Shown piece after piece: positions 38,748 to 51,475 of a stretch of DNA of 64,000 nt. The position numbers and the translations under genes were made by a program. The stretch comes from Octopus sinensis (lineage: Eukaryota): contig NC_043014.1 in assembly GCF_006345805.1 (NCBI RefSeq), positions 10,912,001 to 10,976,000 on the forward strand, written 5' to 3'. The stretch's first letter is position 1, and the number at the start of each line of letters is the position of its first letter. The notes under the pieces are model-generated. The model was given only the letters and a program-made list of their open reading frames with translations. It had not been told where the DNA came from and made no database searches.

Positions 38748-39260
38748 ACTTGTACTTATGACGGCGTTCACCCAGGGTGGGTTAAGCCAGCTTCTTCTCT
38801 GGTCCTAACGGCATCATGAACCATGGCGGCCCACGCTCGACGGTCTCGTGCGAGGTCACCGGAGATAGCGAGCCATTTGCGGTTCCATCTGCGCAGAGCG
38901 ACCACCTGCGGACCAGAGAGTTCGGAGAGGTCCTCCTTTATCGTCATTGCCCAGGTCTTACACTGTTCTTGTATTCCTGATTACTGACCTTGTTCTCGAC
39001 TTACACTGTCTTACGCTGCATGAATCACTCCATCTCGCGGGGTTCATTTCTCTGACAGGCCGCCCGATATCCCTATTCTTGTAAGGTGATGATCCCCTTC
39101 TAAACAATGCTCACCCGCGCGTTTGCGCCAGCTGGGAAGTGTAGGTGGGAAGAGGACATTGCGAATCGGCTCACCCTCTGGACGCCGGGTCGCATGACCG
39201 AACCACCTTAAGCGCCGTTGTAGAAGCACCGAAGGAAGGGGCCGGAGATTCAGGCGATGA
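38748..39260 (-). mobile_element. RTE LINE 3' fragment with an internal insert of about 150 bp
   Basis: LQRRLRWFGHATRRPEGE..WRKRAG and KTWAMTIKEDL..RDRRAW, with a (tacaag) tail. Confidence 0.85.
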
Positions 39261-40377
39261 CGATAAGGTTTAATTGCAGTCTTTTATATTCTAGGGCCAG
39301 TTTTCATCATCATCATCATCATCATCATGTAGCGTCCACTTTCCATGCTGGCATGGGTTGGACGGTTCAACTGGGGTCTGTGAAGCCAGAAGGCTGCATC
39401 AGGCCCAGTCTGATCTGGCAGTGTTTCTACGGCTGGATGCCCTTCCTAACGCCAACCACTCCGTGAGTGTAGTGGGTGCTTTTTACGTGTTCAACACCGA
39501 TGTAGAATAAGTAGCAATCAATAGCGGAATCGGTTCGATCGAATTAACCAATCACTTGTTTGGAGTAGCGCGTACGAGGTCAGATCATAAAGTAGCGGGA
39601 CTCTCTTTTACTCTTTTACTTGTTTCAGTCATTTGACTGTGGCCATGCTGGAGCACCGCCTTTATTCGAGCAACTCGACCCCGGAACTTATTCTTTTGTA
39701 AGCCCAGTACTTATTCTATCGGTCTCTTTTGCCGAACCGCTAAGTTACGGGGACATAAACACACCAGCATCGGTTGTCAAGCAATGCTAGGGGGACAAAC
39801 ACAGACACACAAACTCATATATATATACATATATACGACTTCTTTCACTTTCCGTCTACCAAATCCACTCACAAGGCTTTGGCCGGCCCGAGGCTATAGT
39901 AGAAGACACTTGCCCAAGCTGCCACGCAGTGGGACTGAACCCGGAACCATGTGGTTGGTAAACAAGCTACTTACCACACAACCACTCCTGGTGCTATAAA
40001 AAAAAAAAAAGAAAACTACAACACGTATCAAATCGGTATTTAATTTCCTTCGATGTAGATCCTCTGAAGCCACACACTTTATTCAGTGTGGTTTCCATGG
40101 ATGGAAGCATTCCTGGAACTTCTTTTGGGAGGATAGCAAACAGCTGTCTCGTTACATTCTCTTGAATTTCCTGTATGTCTCGAAATCTTGTTCCTTTCAA
40201 ATCGAACTTGAATTTTGGGAAGATTCTTGGTCGTAATAATCTCCAAGTCTTTCCAATATTAAAAAAAAAAATCGATCAATTTTCTATCAGTCAATTCCAA
40301 ACTGATAATTCTAAGATGCATCTGTAAAGGTTGCTAGTGGAAGGGAAGTAACTCTGACTAGTCCATATTACATTAAA

Positions 40378-40610
40378 TCTCTATATATATAAAGCAGAAG
40401 TCTGCGTATGGCAAGTTTGGTAGCCTTCAACTAACACTATCTCTTCCGAGACCCTGCGGCACAAGTTGACCAAAATTGAGAGTATGATAGAAGAAGGCTT
40501 GCTCTTCCTTCCATAGAAGAAAAAATTCAAATCGGACCATGTTAACACCAAAGATTTTTTACATCAAAAAGGTGCTTTTGTTTTCTATAAAAATCCCTTT
40601 TTTACGATTT
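40378..40610 (+). mobile_element. Probable Helitron-like 5' fragment running into a CA/TA microsatellite
   Basis: Starts tctatatatataaagcagaagtctg, similar to the 5' end of 42949-43348. No 3' CTAG end found. Confidence 0.45.
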
Positions 40611-41000
40611 TTATATACATATACACACATAATACATTATATACACATATATATACACATACATACACACACATATATACATACATACACACACACACAT
40701 ATATACATACATACACATATATACACATACGCATACATACATACACACACACATATATACATAAATACACACACACATACATATATACATAAATACACAC
40801 ACACACACACACATACATATATACATAAATACACACACACACACACATACATATATACATAAATACACACACACACATACATATATACATAAATACACAC
40901 ATATATATATACATAAATACACACACGCACACACACACACATATATATATATATATACAAACACACATATATACACATATATATACATACACAAATATTA
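40610..41000. repeat. CA/TA compound microsatellite; similar at 50100-50500; GA-rich tract at 50700-50830; (ATT)n at 32860-32935; (GTA/GTG)n at 47150-47350
   Basis: Direct inspection. Confidence 0.97.
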
Positions 41001-42948
41001 TCTGTATGAAATAAAACATCAACCAACTCTGCATCCTCACATCATGTCTAGAATATTCACCTTATATACAAAGGTTCACACAATATGCACATAGATATGC
41101 TAAATATTCACACATCCATGTATATTTGATGATAGCATCTTCTCTGAAACATAATAATGATTAAGCTCATTAGCTCTCGACCTAAACAGCCAGCTTTTAA
41201 ATACACATAACATCTTTTAACATCTACCTTCCGTGCTAGCATGGGTGGGACAACCATGTCTGGATATTCAATCTGTCAGGCTAATGAAAAAGTCCTGCCT
41301 TCTGTTACACATACCATATTTTAACTTGTATAGGGTACCGGTGTTTCGTCAAAAATTAGGCTAAAAAAATATAGGAGTTTCTTACACAGGGACAGTATTA
41401 TAATTCCTTACAAAACCTTTTTTCCAAGTTTCAAGCTCAAAAAATTAAAGGGTTCCTAATACATGAGGGTTCCGCATATATGTTAAAATAGTCATCATTA
41501 TCATCATCGTTTAATGTCCGCTTTCCATGCTAGCATAGGTTGGACGTATGACTGAGGACTGGCGAACCACATGGCTGCACCAGGTTCCAATCTTGATCTG
41601 GCAGAGTTTCTACAGCTGGATGCCCTTCCTAACGCCAACCACTCCGAGAGTGGAGTGCATGCTTTTATGTGCCACCAGCATGAGGGCCAGTCCAGCGGCA
41701 CTGGCAACGACCTCGCTCGAATGTTTTTTCATGTGCCACTGGAACAAGTGCCAGTAAGGCAACGCTGGTAACAATCACACACGAATGGTGCCTTTTACAT
41801 ACCACCAGCATGGAAGCCAGTTAGCCGCTCTGGCAATAATCACGTTCGGATGCCAAGCGTAACACGCAAAGTATATATCCCAACACACCAACAAAAATAA
41901 GACGTATCCTCATGAGAACATCACAGTGGCTGTGTGGTAAGTAGCTTGCTAAACAACCACATGGTTGCGGGTTCAGTCCCACTGCGTGGCATCTTGGGCA
42001 AGTGTCTTCTGCTATAGCCCCGGGCCGACCAATGCCTTGTGAGTGGATTTGGTACACGGAAACTGAAAGAAGCCTGTCGTATATATGTATATATATATGT
42101 ATGTGTGTGTGTTTGTGTGCCTGTGTTTGTCCCCCTAGCATTGCTTGACAACCGATGCTGGTGTGTCTACGTCCCCGCCACTTAGCGGTTCGGCAAAAGA
42201 GACCGATAGAATAAGTACTGGGCTTACAAAGAATAAGTTCCGGGGTCGATTTGATCGACTAAAGGCGGTGCTCCAGCATGGCCGCAGTCAAATGACTGAA
42301 ACAAGTAAAAGAGATAAAAAAAAGAGTAAAAGAGTATATATACACAAATGTATACGTATTTATACAAACATCTATACAAGCATACACAGACATCCTTGTA
42401 AACATGTATATACACAAGCACTTGGTCTATAATCATTAACCTGATAAAATGTTTTCTGTTGGACTCATGATTCTGGATAGAATTTTTATTCACTCTCAGA
42501 CTGAGGTCTTTATTCCAAGTGATTGAACATGGCTCTTCTTTTTTCCACTTGATATCCATGTAACATACAGCACCTCTCCCTCTCTCCCCCTATTTCCACT
42601 ATTTCCAAACCAATCTGAGAATGTCTAATATAACTCCTAACAGCGTATCTAATATGTATGTGTATGTAGGTGTATATATATTATATATATATTATTTTCC
42701 AATCACTTTCGGAATTACAACAATTGGTGGCTTGAAGTTTAACTGCTCTTTCTAGTGAGTCAGATATCCCATTTTTGGGGGTATCTCTTTTGTGTTTGAA
42801 TGTACACTGTATTCTTCTATGAATTATGTATAGTCTATTGACTAATTTTTTTCCTTCTCGCTAGACCACTGGTAACTAAGAATTTTTTCGATAAATATTC
42901 TTGCTACCCTAAGATTTTAATTAATATATATATATATATATATATATT

Positions 42949-43348
42949 CTAGCAGTATCGCCCGGCGTTGCTTGGATTTGTAAGGGAAATAACTATATAA
43001 GCATTTTTAGAGAGTTATAGCCAAAAAATAGCAACAAAATGCATTAAAAATGGAAAAAAAAATGATGGTAAATGTTTTTAAAAATCGTTGACTCATCCTA
43101 GACATTTTTAGAGAGTTATTTCCCTTATATAATAGCGAAAAAATGCATTAAAATTGAAAAAAAATGATGGTAAATTTTTTTTTTAATCGTAGACTCATCG
43201 TAGACGCGCGCTAATACCCAGAAGGGCTCGATATGAATCACGACTATAAGATACCCGGTTTTAGTTAAACTGCACCGCAAAATGTGGGAGTAGTTAGGAA
43301 TCTAAATCGTAGGAGACAGACACACAACTTCACTTTTATATATAAAGA
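42949..43348 (-). mobile_element. Non-autonomous Helitron
   Basis: 5' tctttatatataaaagtgaagttgtgtgtc; 3' gcaacgccgggcgatactgCTAG. Internal tandem duplication of about 100 bp. Confidence 0.8.
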
Positions 43349-43856
43349 TATATATTCTGGCTTCACAGACCCCAGTTGAACCGTCCAACCCATGCTAGCA
43401 TGGAAAGCAGACGCTAAATGATGATGATGATGATATATATATATATATATTATACATACACAAATTAACAACAATGTATTACAACCACAACTAAATTAGA
43501 TCAGAGAAAGACCTCAGCTCTGTGTGTGTGTGTTGCAAGTTACATAAAACATGTTCAGAGTGGCTTGGAAACATATACAGCCTGGAATTACCTTCCTCAT
43601 TGCCTACACCCTTAAACTTAATCACATAGCAAGCAATCTTCACTACTGAACTGAGAGTTGTACAGTGGCAGCCACTTACTGGAAATTGCATCTATTTCAA
43701 CAGGAGATGAAGTGTTATAACAATACATACTGATTAATAAACTTTGTTGATCGAGTCCACTTTTAAGTCATCTACTCAAGCCATGTACATGCTTACTAAC
43801 TTCCTGTAAACAGAATTTTCAGGATCACACAACTAGCACTATAATCATATATACAC

Positions 43857-43893
<37 letters not shown>

Positions 43894-43921
43894 ACACACA
43901 TACTTGCATTTAATATATATA

Positions 43922-44810
43922 CCGTAAATCCTCGAATATAGTCTGCCCTTGAGTATAATACACAGGGGATTTTTAGGGGGCTGTATCTCTGAAAAACCTA
44001 AACCTTGTGTATAATATACACCCCTTCGCTAACTTGAGTCAAGGAGGTCTATACAACATCCTTGGTTTGTAAAAATGTATACGGTAACGTCCTTTATTAT
44101 TATAGTATATATAACATAATGCAAACTCTTTTACTTGTTTCAGTCATTTGACTGCGGCCATGCTGGAGCACCGCCTTTAGTCGAGCAAATCGACCCCGGG
44201 ACTTATTCTTTGTAAGCCCAGGACTTATTCTATCAGTCTCTTTTGCCGAACCGCTAAGTGACAGGGACGTAAACACACCAGCATCGGTTGTCAAGCAATG
44301 CTAGGGGGACAAACACAGATACACAAACACACACACATACATATATACGACAGGCTTCTTTCAGTTTCCGTCTACCAAATCCACTCACAAGGCTTTGGTC
44401 GGCCCGGGGCTATAGCAGAAGACACTTGACCAAGATGCCACGCAGTGGGACTGAACCCGGAACCATGTGGTTGTTTAGCAAGCTACTTACCACACAGCCA
44501 CTCCTGTGGCTTTTTTCTGCATTTTGTTTACAGAAAATAAAGAAATAACCGTAATAACGTTTAATAAATGTTGCTTACTGCAAGTTATGGATGATTCTTT
44601 TATGACTTCATTGCTTTCAGGCTTAGCTTAATGTATTTTCGTGCCCGACATTGCAAAATGCGTTTGAATAAACATTGCTGGACAGCAAATAGAGATTCGG
44701 ACATTGCTTAGAAAATATTTTTCTTTTTTAACCTCGTATATAGTATGCACTAGGGATTTTGACCTTTAAATTTGGGGGGAAAAATGCTGATTATACTCGA
44801 GGATTTATGG
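43922..44810 (-). mobile_element. Second copy of the Tc2/pogo-type MITE, interrupted by a SINE at about 44126-44507
   Basis: Reverse-complement homology to 36782-37275 on both sides of the SINE, with TA flanks. Confidence 0.85.
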
Positions 44811-45148
44811 TAGTATAAAGATATAAGCTATTAATAGTTTCATGCCGTGGAAACACTTGTCTCGGCACATTTTTATAACTAGTAGTACCTTGTACTCTTA
44901 TACTGTGTACATTAACCCTTTAACATTTAAACCAACCATATCCAACCTAAATATCTGACAGTCTTTATGTTTCAAAACCAGTTAGATCCAGCCTTTTAAA
45001 CCTACCCGCACAATATCATTCCCAGAGTAAAGAGGTAAATCACCGAAATCTCACAACCATGAGATAATGCATGATTAATTCGATACCATGTGAATAAACA
45101 GGCATTACATTTGACAGAGCAGTCTGAATACTAATGAGTTAAATAATA

Positions 45149-45713
45149 CTGGGTTGTCCGGAAAGTTCATGCCGATTTTTAAAGGAAAGAAAAAGGTCAA
45201 TAAATACTTGCCATTACATTTTTAATCAACCAAATATGAACCATTTTGTTGCACAATGCGTCTCCATCTTTCGTTTACCTTGAAAATACCCTCTTCCCAG
45301 AATGAGGTGGTTTCATGGCAAAGAATTCATCAAGGTATCTTTTTACATCATCCAAGGAATTGAAATTTTTACCATTAAGACTATTCTGCAAAGACCTGAA
45401 TAAGTGGAAATCCGAAGGAGCAATATCTGGTAAACATGGAGGGTGGGGTAACACATCCCAGCCGAGCTGCAGCAATTTTTGTCTGGTTCCCAAAGCATCA
45501 AGTGCCGAAAATGAACTTTCTTACCTCCCATTTTAAAGGGTTACAGAATTAACACAGGTTATAGGAACATAATCCTTCTTCCACGAAAAGATAGCTTAAA
45601 CTGTGCTCTAAATGGAGGTGTAGTCAAATCCTATTTTACGGACTCAACCATGTTCTAAAATAAGTCGAAATGTAAGCTACTATAAATCGGCACGAATTTT
45701 CCAGACAACCCAA
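45149..45713 (-). mobile_element. Same non-autonomous mariner, uninterrupted copy (about 565 bp)
   Basis: Both TIRs with TA flanks. The N-terminal KKVHFRHLMLW is joined directly to the C-terminal GTRQKLLQLGWDVLPHPP..APSDFHLF. Confidence 0.92.
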
Positions 45714-45871
45714 TAGGTTGCTCCAGTTTATTCAGATAGTAAATATGTTCCAGCAATAGGGGGTAAGTTGACTCTACGACGGAATGACCTCCGGTTCAAG
45801 CGGAAAGAAGTGATTAAAATATCGGTCATTTATAATCCATAAAAACAGTGCTAAGTCCGGCCCTTATGAGC

Positions 45872-46064
45872 TTTTATCTTCCATTTTAAAGGGTTACAGA
45901 ATTAACACAGGTTATAGGAACATGTCTTCTTCCATGAAAAGATAGCTTAAATTGTGCTCTAAATGGAGGTGTAGTCAAATCCTATTTTACGAACTCAACC
46001 ATGTTCTAAAATAAGTCGAAAGGTAAGCTACTATAAATCGGCAGGAACTTTCCGGACAACCCAA
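45872..46064 (-). mobile_element. Partial third copy of the mariner left end
   Basis: Near-identical to 45520-45713 and ends in the TIR gacaacccaa|ta. Confidence 0.85.
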
Positions 46065-46065
46065 T

Positions 46066-46510
46066 ATTTATGTGGCACGTAAAAGCACCATCCGTTCGTA
46101 TCCGTTGCCAGCCTCGCCTGGCCCCCGTGCCGATGACACGTAAAAGCACCATTCGTTCGTGGACGTTTGCCAGCTCTGTCTGGCCCCCATGCTGGTGACA
46201 CGTAAAAGCACCATCCGATCGTGGCCGTTTGCCAGCCTCGCCTGGCCCCCATGCCGGTGACACGTAAAAGTACCATCCGATTGTGGCCGTTTGCCAGCTC
46301 TGTCTGGCACCTGTGCGGGTGGCACGTAAAAAGCACCCACTACACTCACGGAGTGGTTGGCGTTAGGAAGGGCATCCAACCGTAGAAACACTGCCAGATC
46401 TGACTGGGCCTGACTAAGCCTTCCAGCTTCACAGACCCCAGTTGAACCGTCCAACCCATGCTAGCATGGAAAACGGACGCTAAATGATGATTATGATGAT
46501 GACGATGACT
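46066..46510 (+). mobile_element. SINE-like family D: minisatellite of about 57 bp plus a tail ending in (GAT)n
   Basis: Four gcacgtaaaagcaccatcc..gccagcctcgcctggc units, then gtggttggcgttaggaagggcatcca..catgctagcatggaaa..gatgatgat. Other copies: 39303-39490 -, 41494-41850 -, 43355-43435 +, 49005-49250 +. Confidence 0.85.
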
Positions 46511-46653
46511 GGAGGGAGTACATTTTTTGTTGATCCTACTTTAACAAAACAATAAACTATACAAACACACACGTGTGTGTAGAGAGAGACATTTAAATAC
46601 ACACACAAAAACTCATATTGGGATGTTTCAACAACCAAAGCAATTTAAATCAT

Positions 46654-46659
46654 TTTATT
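46654..46659 (-). promoter_or_regulatory. Probable polyadenylation signal (AATAAA) of SUPT16H; 3' UTR about 46635-47527
   Basis: TTTATT on the plus strand, about 870 nt after the stop, followed on the minus strand by T/GT-rich sequence. Confidence 0.5.
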
Positions 46660-46777
46660 TATTTATAATCATTGTTTTGTATCTCTCATCATTTTAGTCT
46701 TTCTTTTTAATTCTTTTTTTTTTTTAGTTACATATTTTGTTTGTTTGTTTGTTAGCTCCAATAATTCTATCTCACTC

Positions 46778-46808
<31 letters not shown>

Positions 46809-46926
46809 CTCTCTCGTTCATTCTTTTGCATTGTTGCAACTTTTCCTCGACAATCCAAAAGGGGGGTTGGGCCACAAAATAAGGACCAGTTCTTTTACAG
46901 CAAACTGTTACATGTCTGTGTGCGTG

Positions 46927-46958
<32 letters not shown>

Positions 46959-47527
46959 TATGCATGAGAGGGAGGTAGCAGAAGGTGGAGGGGGGGGGGG
47001 AGCATATAGATGTGTGTGTGTGTGTATGTATGTGTGATGCCATGACAAACATAGTTATGTGGAAAATGTGTCGAATGGGATCTCAGAAGTGGGTTTTGAT
47101 ACATCAGGAGGGATGGTCAGGTAAAAGGGGATGGATAGATGTCCTGCACAGTAGGACCTGTATTAGTAGTTGTAGTAGTAGTAGTATCAATAATAGTAGT
47201 AGTAGTGATGGTAATAACTTTAGTGATAGTTACTGTACTTGTGGTGGTAGTAGTAGTAGTAGTGGTGGTGGTGGTGGTGGTGGTTGTGGTAGTATTAATA
47301 GCAGTGGTGGTGGTTTACAAGTGTGGTAGTGGTAGTGGTGGTGGTGGCGGTAGTCATGGAGATGGTATGAGTTGGAGTGGTGAGCAACACCCATTGTGAT
47401 TACGACATCTGAGTTAAGCCCCCCACTCGCACAGGGCGAGTGGTGGCACTCACTCACTCACCCGTCCGCAAAACCCCGCCGACCGTGCCACCAGGACGAC
47501 CGAAACCAGCACGCACCTCCGCTCTCT

Positions 47528-47781
47528 TTATTTTCTGGATTTCTTCGACTTCTTCGAGTGCTTGCTGCGGCTGCCGCCTCCTCCCCCACCTCCTCCTCCG
47601 CTGCGGCTGCCGCCTCCTCCTCCGCTGCGGCTGCCGCCTCCTCCTCCGCTGCTGCTGCGTCTGTTGCGGCTACCTCCTCCTCCTCCTCCTCCTCCGCTGC
47701 TGCTCTCGCGTTTCCGCTTCGTGCCATGCGTTGGGAGCGTCCTCTGATCCCTCTCCTCCTCCTGGTTACGCTCGTAGTCAG
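47528..47781 (-). CDS. SUPT16H: Spt16 last coding exon (G/S/R-rich, basic tail)
   Basis: Acceptor ttatctttttgcag|, phase 1. Encodes (A)DYERNQEEERDQRTLPTHGTKRKRESSSGGGGGGGSRNRR...SRSKHSKKSKKSRK, then TAA at 47528-47530. This frame is absent from the ORF track. Confidence 0.9.
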
Positions 47782-48029
47782 CTGCAAAAAGATAAAATGT
47801 ACACGTATAATCTTTTGGCCATGCTGGGGCACCACACTGAAGAAAAACTTAGTCAAATGAGTCAACCTCAGTATTAATTTTTATTTCTTTATTGTTTTTT
47901 TTTTTTTTACAGCTTGGTACTTATTTTATCAGTCTCTTTTGCTGAACCACTAGGTTACAGAAACATGTACACACCAACACTGGTTGTCAAGCAAAGGCGG
48001 GGGTGGGGATAAAACACGGACAGACTTCT

Positions 48030-48710
48030 TCGAGTTTCTTATTTCTTTACTACCCGCAAGGGGCTACACACAGAGGGGACAAACAAGGACAGACAAAGGG
48101 ATTAAGTCGATTACATCAACCCCAGTGCATAACTGGTACTTAATTTATCGACCCCCGAAAGGATGAAAGGCAAAGTCGACCTCGGTGGAATTTGAACTCA
48201 GAACATAACGGCAGACGAAATACCGCTAAGTATTTCGCCCAGCGTGCTAACGGTTCTTATTTCATTATTGCCCACAAGGGGCTAAACATATAGAGGACAA
48301 ACAAGGACAGACAAACAGATTAAGTCGATTATACCGACCCCAATGCGTAACTGGTACTTATTTAATCGAACCCCGAAAGGATGAAAGGCAAAGTCGACCT
48401 CAGCGGAATTTGAACTCAGAACATAACGGCAGACGAAATACTGCTAAGTATTTCGCCCGGCGTGCTAAAGTTTCTTATTTCTTTATTGCCCACAAGGGGC
48501 TAAACATAGAGGGGACAAACAAGGACAGTCAAACGGATTAAGTCGATTATATCAACCCCAATGTGTAACTGGTACTTATTTAATCGACCCCGAAAGGATG
48601 AAAGGCAAAGTCGACCTCGGCGGAATTTGAACTCAGAACATAGCGGCAGACAAAATACCGCTAAGCATTTCGCCTGCCGTGCTAACGTTTCTGCCACCTC
48701 GCCGCCTTCA
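48030..48710 (-). repeat. Family C SINE trimer with units of about 217 bp (intronic in SUPT16H)
   Basis: Period 217-218 (48214, 48432, 48649). The junction joins the tail aaataagaa to the head-internal cgttagcacg. Confidence 0.88.
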
Positions 48711-49274
48711 AATGGTACTTATCTTATTAAACCTAAAAGGATGAAAAAGCAAGGTCGACCTCAGTGAAATTTGAATTCATAAACCTAAGAAATGCCACTG
48801 AACATTTTGGCTGGCATGCTAACTATTCTGCCAGGCACAGGGCCTGAAATTTTGGCAGAGGGAAGCCTGATGATTACCTCAACCCACAGCACTCAAATGG
48901 CACTTATTAACCCTAAAAGAACGAAAAACAAGGCAGAGCTTTGAATTTTAATTCATAAGCATAAGAAATACCAATAAGCATTTTGAGCAACACTTTAACA
49001 GTTCTGTAATCCGACCGTGGCCGATGCCAGCCTCGCCTGGCACCAGTGCAGGTGGCACGTAAAAAGCACCCACTACACTCACGGAGTGGTTGGCGTTAGG
49101 AAGGGCATCCAGCCGTAGAAACATTGCCAGATAAGACCGGAGCCTGGTGCAGCCTTCTGGCTTCCCAGATCCCCGGTCGAACTGTCCAACCCATGCTAGC
49201 ATGGAGAACGGACGTTAAACGATGATGTTGATGATGATGATGATGATGATGTTGGCTCACCAAACTAAAAACAA

Positions 49275-49935
49275 CTGCAGCAGCAGCCGTTCAAGAATTT
49301 GGACCTGGAGATCTCCATTTCCAGCGACTTTGAGGGTCACCTCCCAGTGATGTCGGGTGTCAACGAAGAGCCCTCGACTACAAGACAACCAAAGTTATTT
49401 TTTTCCAAGGTCTGGAGTCTCCCGCCCCCTAAGCCCTAAACCATCACCTAACCACCCTTACCCGTCTTGTTGCTTAACAACAACAACAACAGCAGCAGCA
49501 CCCATTCAAGAATTTGGACCTGGAGATCTCCATTCTCAGCGTCTTCGAAGGCCACCTCCCAGTGGTGTCGGGCGTCAATGAAGAGACCTCGACTACAACA
49601 AGATGACCAAAATTTTTTTTTTCCAAGGTCTGGGGTCTCAAGCCCCTAAGCCCTAGACCAGTGCTTTTCAACCTTTTTGCTGGAGCGGAACCCCAAGGAA
49701 ACATTCCACTGGCTCGAGGAACCCCTGTGCAATAATTTAATCGTCTTATGCACACATATCTGCACAGGAGAATTAAAAAATTACTGCCGATTTCAGCAGT
49801 TTTGTAACTTCTTGAGGAACCCCTGGACTGTACTGGCAGAACCCTGGTTGAAAACCACTGCCCTAGACCATCACCTAATCACCCTTACCTGTCTTGTTGC
49901 TTAACAACAACAACAACAACAACAGCAACAACAAT
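49275..49935. repeat. Unit of about 210 bp in two tandem copies next to the SUPT16H donor site; third copy at 34035-34285
   Basis: aatttggacctggagatctccatt..gccctagaccatcacctaatcacccttacc..(aac)n is present in all copies. Confidence 0.85.
49659..49860. mobile_element. hAT (Charlie-like) MITE, 202 bp, 8-bp TSD
   Basis: TIRs cagtgcttttcaacc / ggttgaaaaccactg. TSD ccctagac at 49651-49658 and 49861-49868. Confidence 0.92.
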
Positions 49936-49940
49936 CTTAC

Positions 49941-50015
49941 CTCGTCGTGCTTCTTCTTCCAGTTCGTCCCAATCTTTACCGCTCTCTTCGCTTGAACCAA
50001 GATCGTCTTCATAAT
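49941..50015 (-). CDS. SUPT16H: Spt16 penultimate coding exon
   Basis: Acceptor tcatctttcgtag| and donor |gtaaga. 75 nt, phase 1 to 1, encoding (D)YEDDLGSSEESGKDWDELEEEARR(A). This contains the conserved Spt16 motif ESGKDWDELEEEA(R/K)xAD. Confidence 0.95.
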
Positions 50016-50353
50016 CTACGAAAGATGACAAAAACCAAGAAATCAATCACAACACACTTGTAATCAACTGCAGCAGATAGCATTTCTTTAACAGAGGAAA
50101 TGTACATACATATACATGTACATACATGTGTGAATGTCAGAGACACACACACACACATACGTATACACACACAAATATGTATATACACAAACACACATAT
50201 ACACACACATATATATGTATATACACAAACACACATATGTATATACACAAACACACACATGTATATACACAAACACACACACACGTATATACACAAACAC
50301 ACACACACACACACGTATATACACAAACACACACACACACACGTATATACACA

Positions 50354-50398
<45 letters not shown>

Positions 50399-50401
50399 CA
50401 T

Positions 50402-50432
<31 letters not shown>

Positions 50433-50435
50433 CAT

Positions 50436-50492
<57 letters not shown>

Positions 50493-51199
50493 CACACACA
50501 CACAAGTTTCTTTCAGTTTTCACCTACCAAATTCACTCACAATGCTTTGTTTAACTTGAGGTTAAAGCAGAAGACACATGCCTCAGGTACCACACAGAAG
50601 GATTGAACCCAGAAACATGTAGATGGTAAGTCAACCTCTTACCACACAGTCACACCATTTTCTTAAAGAACTACGTGACACCCAAAGGAATTGTGTTGGG
50701 GAGAGGGGAGAGGAGAGGGGAGAGAAGAGAGAGGGGAGAGAAGAGAGAGGAGAGAAGAGAGAGGGGAGAGGGGAGAGAGGAGAGAAGAGAGAGGGGAGAA
50801 GAGAGAGAGAGGGGAGAGGAGAGAGAGAAAGCTAGATATATACAGGCAATGAGCACACACACATTCTACCTATCTTGTGTTCAAACAAGCCAGATTTGGC
50901 ATCTCACACCTACCCTACAATGTCACTCTGAAAACAAACAATCATATCAACATCCGGAGCCTACAAGACAATGCAGGACTAATTCGAAACAGCACATGGA
51001 AATGCGCATTACATTTGACAGAGTAATCTGAAAGCTAAATGGTTGAACACACAGAGGAGGAGGGCGTGGATGGAGGGCTGGTTGAGCTCACACAACGTCT
51101 TATGCAAAAATCTCACACATAGCCATGAAAGAGATTCGATTCCATTCAAGCAACGACAGCAACGGATGCTGTCGGCAAATTGAAAACTGAAAGAAATAC

Positions 51200-51326
51200 C
51201 TGATTCTTCTTCATCTTCCCAGTTGCTCTCTTCGCTGTCCTCTTCACTACTGGCTTCCTCGCCGCCAGAGTCATTACTAGGAACATAAGCATCATCATCT
51301 TCCTCGTCGTCATCGTCATGCTCGTC
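51200..51326 (-). CDS. SUPT16H: Spt16 (FACT complex subunit) acidic C-terminal exon, third from last
   Basis: Acceptor ttcatctgtttgcag| and donor |gtattt. 127 nt, phase 0 to 1, encoding DEHDDDDEEDDDAYVPSNDSGGEEASSEEDSEESNWEDEEES. Splices in frame to the next exon and matches the layout of the Spt16 acidic domain. Confidence 0.9.
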
Positions 51327-51475
51327 CTGCAAACAGATGAAAGAAAAATTTTCATTATGCTGGTGGTTCTCAACCAAAATCCATGGGTCAAAGGAGACCC
51401 AGACGAATTTATATTGCATGGCCCCACTCCTCTCTCAAAACATTTTTGTCTTGCAGATTGCTTGGTGACCCTTTC

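Noticed and set aside
42430-42900. Possible second Penelope-like remnant
   Set aside because: The motifs are too decayed to support a call.
47396-47877. Ala/Glu/Ser/Pro-rich ORFs 47396-47860, 47440-47877 and 47458-47865
   Set aside because: These are alternative frames of the Spt16 last exon. The splice phase selects a different frame.
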